Source of the DNA: an uncultured SAR86 cluster bacterium
GTDB taxonomy: Bacteria; Pseudomonadota; Gammaproteobacteria; Magnimaribacterales; AG-339-G14
NCBI GenBank assembly: GCA_902524805.1
Contig: CABZES010000004.1
Coordinates: 24,878 to 88,877 of the forward strand
Direction of reading: 5' to 3'
Length of the DNA stretch: 64,000 nucleotides
Under the pieces are notes generated by a model that saw only the letters and a program-made list of their open reading frames with translations, did not search any database and was not told the origin of the DNA. This document shows, in pieces, positions 40,699 to 49,790 of the stretch; the first letter of the stretch is position 1; every line of letters begins with the position of its first letter. The position numbers were made by a program, and so were the translations under genes.

Positions 40699-41517
40699 TT
40701 AGTTTAAGAAGCTGTCGTCTTTTTCTAACATCAAGTCGTAAATAGGCTGAAAACTTGCCCACATAGCAAATTCAGATCCAACTTGAGATTTAGTTAATTC
40801 AGCCACTTCATCAGCAATTCTTTCCATTTGGCCAGCTGATTCGGCTATTAATTGTGATTGACAGCATCTGTCCATCGATAAGAATGCCCACAAGGCAGCA
40901 TCCACAGTTTCACCAGTTGTCAAAAGACCATGATTTTTTAAGATAGCAGCTTTTTTGTCTCCCAATGCGTTAGCAATTCTATCTCCTTCGTCAGTTTCTA
41001 AGACAACTCCAGTAAAGTCGTCAAATAAAACGTGATTATCATAAAAAGCACAAGAATCTTGAGTTATTGGCTCTAAAAGACGTCCTAAAGATGAAAAAGA
41101 TTTTCCATACATAGAATGAGAATGAGCAGCTGCATTAACGTCAGGCCTGGCTTCATGAAGCCTAGAGTGAATAGCAAAGGCTGCAGTATTTAACATTTTC
41201 CCTTCCCCTTGCACTATATTTCCATCTCTATCGACTAAAATTAAATCAGAGATGCATATTTGACCAAAATGCATACCAAAAGGGTTTACCCAAAAATAGT
41301 GAGGGTACTCAGGGTCACGAAGAGTTATATGTCCTGCAATACCTTCATCATATCCAAAGTGTGAAAACATTCTAAATCCAGCCGCAAGTCTCTCCAATTG
41401 GTGTCGTCTAATTTCTTCTGGAGATTTACACTCTACAGGTAGAAGAGACCCTTTTTCTTTTTGTGGCAATTTACCTAAAGATGTATCGATAGGAAGTTTA
41501 ATTTCTTTGTCTGACAT
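40699..41517 (-). CDS. class II aldolase/adducin family protein
   Basis: Aldolase_II fold with metal His residues (AAHSHS and the surrounding region). Confidence 0.85.
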   Translation of the reverse strand: MSDKEIKLPIDTSLGKLPQKEKGSLLPVECKSPEEIRRHQLERLAAGFRMFSHFGYDEGIAGHITLRDPEYPHYFWVNPFGMHFGQICISDLILVDRDGNIVQGEGKMLNTAAFAIHSRLHEARPDVNAAAHSHSMYGKSFSSLGRLLEPITQDSCAFYDNHVLFDDFTGVVLETDEGDRIANALGDKKAAILKNHGLLTTGETVDAALWAFLSMDRCCQSQLIAESAGQMERIADEVAELTKSQVGSEFAMWASFQPIYDLMLEKDDSFLN

Positions 41518-41604
41518 AAATTACTCCATTAATAAATTATGAATTTAAATCATTTATTTAAATAAATATTTTGTACAATTACATTTTAAACACTGATAAA
41601 AATT

Positions 41605-43014
41605 ATGGCAAAAATAAAAAAAGGATTTCGCATTGAAAAAGATAGTCTTGGGGAAGTTTATGTTCCAAAAAAAGCTCTGTATGGCGCTCAAACACAAAGA
41701 GCAGTTGAAAATTTTCCTATAAGCGGAATCAAGATGGATTTTCCTTTTACTAATTCTTTTGTGGATTCTTTAGGGTTAATTAAGGACGCTGCTGCAAGAG
41801 CAAATAAAAAACTTGGTCTGCTGGGAACAAAAAAAGCAAGCGCCATTTCTAAAGCTTCTAAGGAAGTTTGGCAAAGCAAACGCAATATGGAGTTTCCTTT
41901 AGATGTTTTTCAAACAGGTTCTGGAACAAGTTCCAATATGAATGCTAATGAAGTAATAGCAAATCTAGCTTCTAAATCTAGTGGTATTTTGGTTGATCCT
42001 AATGACGATGTAAATATGAGTCAAAGTAGCAATGATGTGATTCCAACAGCAATTAAATTGAGTGCTTTCAAAGATTTAACTGAAAAATTATACCCAGCTC
42101 TTGATAAGTTAATTAGAGAAATTAAAAAAAAGGAAAGCTCTTTAAAAGGAATTGTAAAAACTGGAAGAACGCATTTGATGGACGCAATGCCTTTAGAAAT
42201 TTCTCAAGAACTTTCGGCTTGGTCTTCACAGCTTACAAATGTTCGAAAAACTCTTATCTTTTTAGAAGCGAGACTTTTAGAAATGCCTTTAGGAGGAACC
42301 GCAGTAGGAACAGGAATTAACGCTCACCCTAGATTTGCGAAAACCTTTGCTAAGGAATTATCTTCTTTAATTGGCGGAAAATGTAAAGCAGTTGCTAGCG
42401 AAAACTTTTTTCACGAATTAAGTACGCAAGATACAGCTGTTCAAGTTTCAGGCGAACTAAAAAACCTTGCCGTTTCCTTAATGAAGATTTCTAACGATCT
42501 TCGTTGGATGAATGCCGGACCATTGGCAGGATTATCAGAAATTGAATTAAAAGCTTTGCAACCAGGAAGTAGTATTATGCCAGGCAAAGTTAATCCGGTA
42601 ATCCCTGAAGCCGTTGCTATGGCTTCTGCAGATGTTATTGGAAATGACGTAACAATAACCATTGCTGCTCAATCAGGCAATTTTCAACTGAACGTTATGT
42701 TACCTGTAATTGCCTACAACCTTTTAAAGAGCATGGCTTTATTAAGTGGCAGCATGAATGTCTTAGCTGATAAAACAATCAAATCCTTCAAAGTGAACAA
42801 AAAATCTTTAGAAAATGCTTTAAATAGAAATCCGATTTTAGTCACTGCATTAAACCCCATCATTGGATATTCTAAAGCTGCATTCATAGCTAAGAAAGCT
42901 TATAGTGAAGGCAGACCAATTATTGAAGTAGCTGTGGAAGAAACAAATTTAACAGAAGCTAAATTAAAAAAACTTCTAGATCCTTACAAACTTACCAACG
43001 GAGGAATAAATTAA
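41605..43014 (+). CDS. fumC: fumarate hydratase, class II
   Basis: GSSIMPGKVNP signature and TGRTHLMDA. Confidence 0.97.
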   Translation: MAKIKKGFRIEKDSLGEVYVPKKALYGAQTQRAVENFPISGIKMDFPFTNSFVDSLGLIKDAAARANKKLGLLGTKKASAISKASKEVWQSKRNMEFPLDVFQTGSGTSSNMNANEVIANLASKSSGILVDPNDDVNMSQSSNDVIPTAIKLSAFKDLTEKLYPALDKLIREIKKKESSLKGIVKTGRTHLMDAMPLEISQELSAWSSQLTNVRKTLIFLEARLLEMPLGGTAVGTGINAHPRFAKTFAKELSSLIGGKCKAVASENFFHELSTQDTAVQVSGELKNLAVSLMKISNDLRWMNAGPLAGLSEIELKALQPGSSIMPGKVNPVIPEAVAMASADVIGNDVTITIAAQSGNFQLNVMLPVIAYNLLKSMALLSGSMNVLADKTIKSFKVNKKSLENALNRNPILVTALNPIIGYSKAAFIAKKAYSEGRPIIEVAVEETNLTEAKLKKLLDPYKLTNGGIN

Positions 43015-43016
43015 AA

Positions 43017-43364
43017 ATGGATAAAGAAGATTTAACAAATAATTCTTGCGAGGCATGTCACGCAGATGCACCTTTAGTAACAGAAGAAGAAATAAAAGAA
43101 TTAAAGCCAAAAATCCCAGCTTGGCAAATTCTAAATATCGATAGTATTGATAGATTGAGTTGTAGCTTTGCCTTTAAGAATTATATGGAAGGATTAAGTT
43201 TTGTTTCTAAAGTAGCAGCAATGGCGGAATTAGAAGACCATCACCCTGAGATAGTATTGGAATGGGGAAAGGTAACGGTTTCTTGGTGGTCGCATAAAAT
43301 AAAAGGGCTGCATAAAAATGATTTTATTGCAGCTGCTAAAACTGACGCAATTTATGCAGGTTGA
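43017..43364 (+). CDS. phhB: pterin-4-alpha-carbinolamine dehydratase
   Basis: EDHHPEI motif; 115 aa. Confidence 0.9.
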   Translation: MDKEDLTNNSCEACHADAPLVTEEEIKELKPKIPAWQILNIDSIDRLSCSFAFKNYMEGLSFVSKVAAMAELEDHHPEIVLEWGKVTVSWWSHKIKGLHKNDFIAAAKTDAIYAG

Positions 43365-44602
43365 ACTTTAGGAATAATAATTCTTGAGCCTATTATCAAT
43401 CCTAATAAGGTTACAACTCCCATAACTTGAAAAGCTTCAATATACAGATTTAAGTCAAAAGCTCTCCCTACAACGAATATTCCAACTGGTTGAAGAGGGA
43501 CAACTATCATGCCAGAAAAACCTCTAACTGAACCTAAGTTTACTGATCCAAATGCTTTTAAAAAACAAGCGCTCATTAAAACCATTGCGCCACCAAAACC
43601 TAAACCAAAGGTAAGACAAAACAATGAAAAAAATAAAAAATTACTAGAAAAGGTTAGGCCAAATATACCCAATGACTGCATCAACATCATAATCATTACT
43701 GGTTTATTCGGATTAAACTTATCTACCAAATATCCAAAAAGAATTTTTCCTACAACACCTCCAAATGCTGCAAGAGAATAGGCAAAAACATGTTGTTTGA
43801 TAGGGAAGCCAACTAAAGAAAAAGTCTCACTAAATCCAATTCTTTCTGAATGCAGAGGTAAATGTAATAAAACTCCTCCCATAGCAAAAAACTGAAATGC
43901 AAAAGTAAGAGAAATTATCCAAAAAATTTTAGACTTGAAAAAATCTGAAACATTTAATAGTTTTTGATTTGTGTTTGCTGTTGGTTGAGTTTCAAGATTA
44001 TCTTTTTTTTGCCCAATTTCATCGGGAAAGTTAATTACCAATATTCTCACTGCAGGCAAAAGAATAAAAACTACCACCGCGCCAAAGACTAAATAAACAT
44101 TACGCCATCCTATTGTGTCAATCAAAGGATCAACAAGTATTGGAAGCACAACCCCTGAAAAAGAAATGCCAATTGCAGCTACTCCTAAAGCCATACCTGC
44201 TTTGCTATCAAACCAATTAGCAACTAATTTTGTAATGGATAAATTTCCAAGAGCAGGGCCCCCTATTGCAATTAGAGTTGCATAAATCAAAAGTAAACTC
44301 AAAGTATTTTCCACCATGGCTATAGAAAAAAGACCTAGACTAAAAATAATGCCCCCAAGAGTCATAATTCCTTTAATAGAGTACTTGTCGAGTATTCTTC
44401 CTAGAAAAATTGATGCTAGAGTCGAGAAAATAAAAAAAAGAGATAGGGCACTTGATAATTGAGTCTGAGAAGCACCAAGATCTCTTTCTAATTCAGAGAA
44501 CATCAAAGGAAAACAGTAAAAAACAAAACCTACAACTGAAAATTCCATCATCATGCCTGTATAGACCATTTGCCAGCCTTTAAACTTCATTGTTTTACTC
44601 AT
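43352..44602 (-). CDS. MFS transporter
   Basis: About 12 TM segments in a 416-aa protein with a central loop. Confidence 0.88.
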   Translation of the reverse strand: MSKTMKFKGWQMVYTGMMMEFSVVGFVFYCFPLMFSELERDLGASQTQLSSALSLFFIFSTLASIFLGRILDKYSIKGIMTLGGIIFSLGLFSIAMVENTLSLLLIYATLIAIGGPALGNLSITKLVANWFDSKAGMALGVAAIGISFSGVVLPILVDPLIDTIGWRNVYLVFGAVVVFILLPAVRILVINFPDEIGQKKDNLETQPTANTNQKLLNVSDFFKSKIFWIISLTFAFQFFAMGGVLLHLPLHSERIGFSETFSLVGFPIKQHVFAYSLAAFGGVVGKILFGYLVDKFNPNKPVMIMMLMQSLGIFGLTFSSNFLFFSLFCLTFGLGFGGAMVLMSACFLKAFGSVNLGSVRGFSGMIVVPLQPVGIFVVGRAFDLNLYIEAFQVMGVVTLLGLIIGSRIIIPKVQPA

Positions 44603-44627
44603 TGCTTTGTTTTTAAAATTCTTTCTG

Positions 44628-44633
44628 TATAAT
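44628..44633 (+). promoter_or_regulatory. perfect TATAAT hexamer 6 nt upstream of the guaB ATG (possible leaderless start)
   Basis: Read directly from the sequence. There is no SD between it and the ATG at 44640, and only 37 bp separate the divergent MFS and guaB starts. Confidence 0.25.
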
Positions 44634-44639
44634 TTGAAA

Positions 44640-46109
44640 ATGTTGCGTTTAGTAAACCAAGCTTTAACTTTCGACGACGTTCTCCTTGTGCCTGATTATT
44701 CTGAGGTCCTACCCCAAGAAGCAGATTTAAGCACTTTATTAACAAAAAATATATCTTTAAAAATTCCCATAGTATCTTCTGCAATGGATACAGTAACTGA
44801 AGCAAGAATGGCAATAGCTCTTGCAGAGTTTGGAGGTATCGGCATTATTCATAAAAATTTATCTATTCAAGATCAAGCACAGCAAGTTTCATCTGTTAAA
44901 AAATTTGAAAGCGGCATAGTAAGAGATCCAATAACAATCGCATCTGATAAAACTATAGGAGAGTTAGTCCAACTAACTAAAGATCTTAATATTTCAGGCA
45001 TGCCAGTTGTTGATGAAAATCATTTAGTTGGAATAGTAACTTCAAGAGATTTTAGAAATGTCCCTGATACTTCTGCAAATGTCGGAACTATCATGACTCC
45101 CAAAGAAAGACTCGTTACAGCAAAAGAAAACGAAGGTCTAGATCAAGTAAAAACTCTTTTATATGAAAATAGAATAGAAAAGATTCCTTTAGTCGATGAT
45201 AATTTTTTATTAAAAGGGCTTGTTACTTTAAAGGACATTAATAAAACCAAAGATTTTCCATTAGCTTCAAAAGATAGTGAGGGAAGATTATTAACGGGAG
45301 CAGCCATTGGAAATAGTGCAGATACTGAAGATAGATTAGAAGCATTAATCAGTGCTGGAGTTGATGTGATTGTAATAGATAGCGCTCATGGTCATTCAAA
45401 AGGAATTATTGATCGAGTAGCATCAGTTAAAAACACTTATCCAGATATTCAAGTTATTGCTGGAAATGTAGCAACTGGAGAAGGCGCAGAAGCCCTAGTT
45501 AAGGCTGGAGTAGATGCCGTTAAAGTTGGCATTGGTCCGGGATCAATTTGCACTACTAGAGTTGTAACAGGAGTAGGTGTGCCACAAATTACTGCAATTG
45601 CAAATGTTGTTGAAGCAGTTGGCAAAAAAGGTATTCCAATCATTGCAGATGGCGGTATAAGATTTTCAGGAGATATCGCCAAAGCCATTGCTGCCGGAGC
45701 GGACACAGTGATGTTAGGTGGAATACTTGCTGGAACAGAAGAAGCACCTGGCCAAGTTGAGCTTTACCAAGGCAGAAGCTATAAATCTTATCGAGGAATG
45801 GGTTCTGTTGGAGCGATGTCTGGAGAATCTAATTCTGGAGATAGATATTTTCAAGAAAATATCGCTCAAACAGATAAATTAGTACCTGAGGGAATAGAGG
45901 GAAGAGTGCCGTATAAAGGTTTCGTAGAAACTACGCTTCATCAAATCTTGGGAGGCTTGAGACAAAGTATGGGCTATACCGGATGCGCCGACATTGGCAC
46001 TATGAAAAGCAAACCTAAATTTATGCAAATTACCTCTTCGGGAATTACTGAAAGTCATGTTCATGATGTGAGTGTTACAAAGGAAGCTCCGAATTACAGA
46101 ATGAGTTAA
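44640..46109 (+). CDS. guaB: IMP dehydrogenase
   Basis: [19 protein letters not shown]-terminus matches E. coli GuaB. CBS pair present; catalytic loop [11 protein letters not shown]. Confidence 0.97.
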   Translation: MLRLVNQALTFDDVLLVPDYSEVLPQEADLSTLLTKNISLKIPIVSSAMDTVTEARMAIALAEFGGIGIIHKNLSIQDQAQQVSSVKKFESGIVRDPITIASDKTIGELVQLTKDLNISGMPVVDENHLVGIVTSRDFRNVPDTSANVGTIMTPKERLVTAKENEGLDQVKTLLYENRIEKIPLVDDNFLLKGLVTLKDINKTKDFPLASKDSEGRLLTGAAIGNSADTEDRLEALISAGVDVIVIDSAHGHSKGIIDRVASVKNTYPDIQVIAGNVATGEGAEALVKAGVDAVKVGIGPGSICTTRVVTGVGVPQITAIANVVEAVGKKGIPIIADGGIRFSGDIAKAIAAGADTVMLGGILAGTEEAPGQVELYQGRSYKSYRGMGSVGAMSGESNSGDRYFQENIAQTDKLVPEGIEGRVPYKGFVETTLHQILGGLRQSMGYTGCADIGTMKSKPKFMQITSSGITESHVHDVSVTKEAPNYRMS

Positions 46110-46113
46110 ATCA

Positions 46114-47673
46114 GTGAAAAGAGCTTTAACTTCTGAAAAAATAATAATTTTAGATTTTGGATCTCAATACACGCAACTAATAGCCAGAAGAATTAGAGAA
46201 GCAGGTGTTTATTCAGAAATTCTTCCACACAATGTATCTTTCAAAAATTTAATAGCTCTTAACCCTGCAGGTTTGATCATGTCGGGCGGTCCAGAGTCAG
46301 TAAACACTAAAAAAGCTTTAAAATTTGATCCCAAAATATTAGATAGTGATTTACCAGTCTTAGGTATCTGTTATGGCATGCAATCTATGGCTCAACATTT
46401 TCAAGGTAAAGTTTCAGCTTCGTCAAAAAGAGAATTTGGAAATGCAATTCTAAAAATTTATAAAGGGTCGATCTTTGCAGAACTTTCTAATAAGACAAAA
46501 GAATTGAATGTATGGATGAGTCATGGAGACAAAGTTTCTAAGCTTCCAAAAGGGTTTAAAAAAATAGCTTCGTCGAAAAATAGTCCAATTGCAGCATTTG
46601 AAAATAAAAAATTAAAGAAATATGGTTTCCAATTTCATCCAGAGGTTACACACACAAATCAGGGTCAAAAAATTCTTAAAACCTTTGTAAAAGATATTTG
46701 CGGTTGCAAAGGCTCTTGGAAACCTAAAAATATTGTCGAAGCTTTAATCGAAGATATAAAAATTAAAGTAGGCAGTAAAAAGGTTTTACTTGGAATTTCT
46801 GGTGGAGTAGATTCTTCAGTAGTTGCAGCGTTACTTTCGAAAGCCATAGGAAAAAACTTGGAATGTATTTTTGTTGATAATGGCCTTCTAAGGAAAGGCG
46901 AAGCTGAACAGGTAAAAAAAGACTTAAAAAGAGGTTTAAAACTTAAAATTAACTTTTCTGATAGTGAACAACTTTTTCTTAAAAAACTGAAAGGAGAAAC
47001 AGACCCAGAAAAGAAAAGAAAAATAATAGGCAAAACTTTTATTGATGTATTTATAAAAGAAACTAAAAAGATTAAAAATATTTCTTTCCTTGCTCAAGGA
47101 ACAATTTATCCAGATGTAATTGAATCTTCAGGTATAAAAAATGGAAAAGCCCATGTAATAAAATCCCATCATAATGTTGGAGGCCTGCCTGATTATTTAA
47201 AGCTTCCATTAGTGGAGCCTTTGAACTCTTTATTTAAAGATGAAGTAAGAAAAATAGGTAAGGAATTAGGACTGCCTGATTATTTAATTAAAAGACATCC
47301 TTTTCCAGGACCGGGTTTAGCCGTAAGAACCATTGGAGAAATAAAAAAAGAAAAGCTAGAAATATTGAGAGCTGCTGATTATATTTTTATGGAAGAATTA
47401 AATAGTCACAATCTTTATGATAAAGTAAGTCAAGCTTTTGCAGTTTTCTTACCTATTAAGAGTGTTGGCGTAGTAGGAGATGCCAGAAGGTATGAATACG
47501 TTATTGCTTTAAGAGCTGCAGAAACAATAGATTTTATGACTGCTAACGCAGCTAAGCTTGATCACAAATTTTTGAATTTAGTATCGGATCGAATCATCAA
47601 TGAAATACCCCAAGTTTCAAGAGTTGTTTATGATATTTCTAGCAAACCTCCAGCAACTATTGAGTGGGAGTAA
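46114..47673 (+). CDS. guaA: GMP synthase (glutamine-hydrolysing)
   Basis: GATase catalytic Cys in GICYGMQ, ATP-PPase SGGVDSS, C-terminal PPATIEWE; GTG start. Confidence 0.97.
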   Translation: MKRALTSEKIIILDFGSQYTQLIARRIREAGVYSEILPHNVSFKNLIALNPAGLIMSGGPESVNTKKALKFDPKILDSDLPVLGICYGMQSMAQHFQGKVSASSKREFGNAILKIYKGSIFAELSNKTKELNVWMSHGDKVSKLPKGFKKIASSKNSPIAAFENKKLKKYGFQFHPEVTHTNQGQKILKTFVKDICGCKGSWKPKNIVEALIEDIKIKVGSKKVLLGISGGVDSSVVAALLSKAIGKNLECIFVDNGLLRKGEAEQVKKDLKRGLKLKINFSDSEQLFLKKLKGETDPEKKRKIIGKTFIDVFIKETKKIKNISFLAQGTIYPDVIESSGIKNGKAHVIKSHHNVGGLPDYLKLPLVEPLNSLFKDEVRKIGKELGLPDYLIKRHPFPGPGLAVRTIGEIKKEKLEILRAADYIFMEELNSHNLYDKVSQAFAVFLPIKSVGVVGDARRYEYVIALRAAETIDFMTANAAKLDHKFLNLVSDRIINEIPQVSRVVYDISSKPPATIEWE

Positions 47674-47712
47674 TAACACATCCTCAAACGCCCATTCTTA
47701 CTGCCTTTTACC

Positions 47713-47733
47713 ACTTGTAAACTACTTGTAAAC
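47713..47733 (+). repeat. tandem direct repeat ACTTGTAAAC-T-ACTTGTAAAC (period 11)
   Basis: Exact 10-mers read from the sequence. Degenerate or inverted copies occur at 47751-47760, 48496-48514, 48534-48544 and 48631-48640. Confidence 0.6.
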
Positions 47734-47909
47734 CCTTGTTTCTGCGTCTTACTTGTATAAAAACTTCTAAACTTTTGCTACTATTAAATTTTATAAGTGT
47801 ATTAAGTTTAAAACTTGAATATATACATGAAGTAGATACATAACTACTTCCAACGAAAATAGTAGTAAGTAAAAAATATTAGTCTTATATAAAAAGGTGA
47901 TGAGAAATC

Positions 47910-48389
47910 ATGAAGATTCATCCTTCAAGCAATGTCCAATCGAAAAATATAGGGAATAACACAATTATTTGGCAATTTTGTGTTGTTCTCGCAGGTGCGA
48001 AAATAGGCAGTGACTGTAACATTTGTTCACATTGCTTTATTGAAAATGATGTAGTGCTCGGCGATAGAGTAACCATTAAAAATGGAGTTTACATATTCGA
48101 TTCAATCTATATTGAGGACGATGTCTTCATTGGCCCAAATGTAACCTTCACAAATGATTTGTATCCCAAAAGTCAGCGAGGTGCTGCTAGAAAGGATTTA
48201 GAATATCCAAAAACTTTTATAGGAAAGGGGGCTTCTATTGGTGGGGGGGCCACTATTTTACCTGGTATCGAAATTGGACATGGTGCGTTAATTGGTGCTG
48301 GGGCCGTTGTAACAAAAGATGTTAAGCCAGAAACTGTTGTTTTTGGATTGGGTGCCAAAGAAATGCGCTCCAATAGAAATCGTTCCTAG
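47910..48389 (+). CDS. left-handed beta-helix sugar N-acetyltransferase (WbpD/WlbB-like)
   Basis: Hexapeptide repeats, [14 protein letters not shown] and [10 protein letters not shown]. Good SD (AAGGTGAT). G+C visibly above its surroundings. Confidence 0.85.
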   Translation: MKIHPSSNVQSKNIGNNTIIWQFCVVLAGAKIGSDCNICSHCFIENDVVLGDRVTIKNGVYIFDSIYIEDDVFIGPNVTFTNDLYPKSQRGAARKDLEYPKTFIGKGASIGGGATILPGIEIGHGALIGAGAVVTKDVKPETVVFGLGAKEMRSNRNRS

Positions 48390-48495
48390 CGGTCGACAGG
48401 TATCAGTGTTATAGATTAAGAGCACAAGTCGTCGAACAAAGCATAATCAAACATCGAAGCAGAAGAGCAAAATATATTTTGAGAAGGGCATTAGC

Positions 48496-48514
48496 ACTTG
48501 CAAAGTTTACAAGT
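48496..48514. promoter_or_regulatory. 19-bp imperfect palindrome ACTTGCAAA-G-TTTACAAGT (candidate operator)
   Basis: 9-nt arms with one mismatch and the same half-site as the 47713 repeat. It lies about 200 bp upstream of guaC. Confidence 0.35.
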
Positions 48515-48717
48515 TCAAAAATGCTAAACTACTGTTTACACAAGAATTTTTGGGAGAACACAAACGCAGTTATGAATGAGGAAACTTGAAAACTCGATTT
48601 TGCCCCTCGCAAACCAATGCTAGATAAGGCTTTGTAAAAGTGTAATTAGTGAGTGGGAAAAAATATTTTAATGATTATCGGATTAGGATAAAGTATCTAT
48701 AAGAAAGGAATCAAAGA

Positions 48718-49707
48718 TTGTTAGTTAACGAAGAAATAAAATTAGATTACTCCGATGTTTTGATTAGGCCAAAAAGGTCTACTATGAGCTCAAGAGGAGA
48801 AGTAAACCTAGAGCGAACTCATACTTTTCTTTGGAGTAAAAAAAAATGGACCGGCATACCAATTATGTCTGCAAATATGGATACAGTTGGAACGCCTGCC
48901 ATGCATAAGGTTTTATCAAAATATAACTTGATAACCTGTCCAGCCAAACATCATTTAAAAAAAGGGTCAGATAAATTTAAGATTAAAAGAAAGAATATTT
49001 GTTGGTTCGGTGGTATTGATGATATCTCTAAATTATCAAAAACCTCATCTGGTTTTATAGGATTAGATGTTGCAAACGGCTACACCATAAAATTTGTAGA
49101 TGCTGTAAAAAAATTAAGAGACAAATGTCCAAAAGCAACAATTGCAGCTGGAAATGTGGTGACTGCTGATATGACTCAAGAATTAATTCTTGCTGGTGCT
49201 GACATAGTCAAAGTTGGCATAGGACCAGGATCAGTTTGTACTACAAGGATCAAAACTGGAATAGGCTATCCGCAGCTGAGTGCAGTTATAGAATGTGCAG
49301 ATGCAGCTCATGGTTTAAATGCACATATCATCGCTGATGGAGGATGCGTTAGCTCGGGTGATATCGTGAAGGCTTTTGCTGGAGGTGCTGATTTTGTGAT
49401 GATAGGTGGAATGCTAGCTGGTCATGCTGAGTGTGATGGCATGGTTGAAAATGGAGTAATGAAATTTTATGGAATGGCTTCAGAATCTGCAATGACTAGG
49501 CATGATAACCATAACACTTACAGAGGTGTAGAAGGAAAAACTGTAGAAGTTGAATATCGAGGGAAGGCTGATGAGACCGTTAAAGATATTTTGAGCGGCA
49601 TTCGATCTGCATGTACCTATGTTGGTGCCAATAGGTTAAAAACACTATCTAAATGTACAACTTTTGTGCGCGTTAATAGTACGCATAATACTATTTACGA
49701 AAATTAA
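48718..49707 (+). CDS. guaC: GMP reductase
   Basis: [24 protein letters not shown] and GYPQLSAVIECADAAHGL closely parallel E. coli GuaC; TTG start after AAGGAA. Confidence 0.95.
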   Translation: MLVNEEIKLDYSDVLIRPKRSTMSSRGEVNLERTHTFLWSKKKWTGIPIMSANMDTVGTPAMHKVLSKYNLITCPAKHHLKKGSDKFKIKRKNICWFGGIDDISKLSKTSSGFIGLDVANGYTIKFVDAVKKLRDKCPKATIAAGNVVTADMTQELILAGADIVKVGIGPGSVCTTRIKTGIGYPQLSAVIECADAAHGLNAHIIADGGCVSSGDIVKAFAGGADFVMIGGMLAGHAECDGMVENGVMKFYGMASESAMTRHDNHNTYRGVEGKTVEVEYRGKADETVKDILSGIRSACTYVGANRLKTLSKCTTFVRVNSTHNTIYEN

Positions 49708-49790
49708 TCTTTATAAATCTTCAGATTATCGTTCTTGATATTTAATAAGTTATAATTATTTTATAAAATTCAATCAGATTGGAGTTAAAA

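Noticed and set aside
41552-41567. Perfect 16-bp palindrome ATTTATTTAAATAAAT (and Fur-box-like AT-rich sequence) in the aldolase/fumC divergent spacer.
   Set aside because: It consists only of A/T in a spacer that is almost pure A/T, so chance palindromes are expected. Its alignment to the Fur consensus GATAATGATAATCATTATC is poor.
43509-43781. 90-aa plus-strand ORF antisense within the MFS transporter gene.
   Set aside because: It is a Lys/Pro-rich mirror translation of a hydrophobic membrane gene, which is a typical shadow ORF.
44599-44814. 71-aa minus-strand ORF, and the TTG-initiated 11-codon N-terminal extension of guaB (44607).
   Set aside because: GuaB homology begins exactly at [14 protein letters not shown] (ATG 44640). 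The extension and the antisense ORF have no support.
47674-48717. Integron gene cassette with an attC site around the acetyltransferase.
   Set aside because: The repeats do not fit the attC core (R'' RYYYAAC / R' GTTRRRY), no intI or attI is in the window, and the gene has its own SD and a long 5' spacer. I kept the weaker 'decayed island at the guaA 3' end' reading instead.
48390-48717. Purine/guanine riboswitch upstream of guaC, and a fluoride riboswitch upstream of crcB (7328-7336).
   Set aside because: I could not find the conserved junction sequences of the purine riboswitch by eye. The crcB leader is only 9 nt, too short for any riboswitch. An Infernal scan would settle this.
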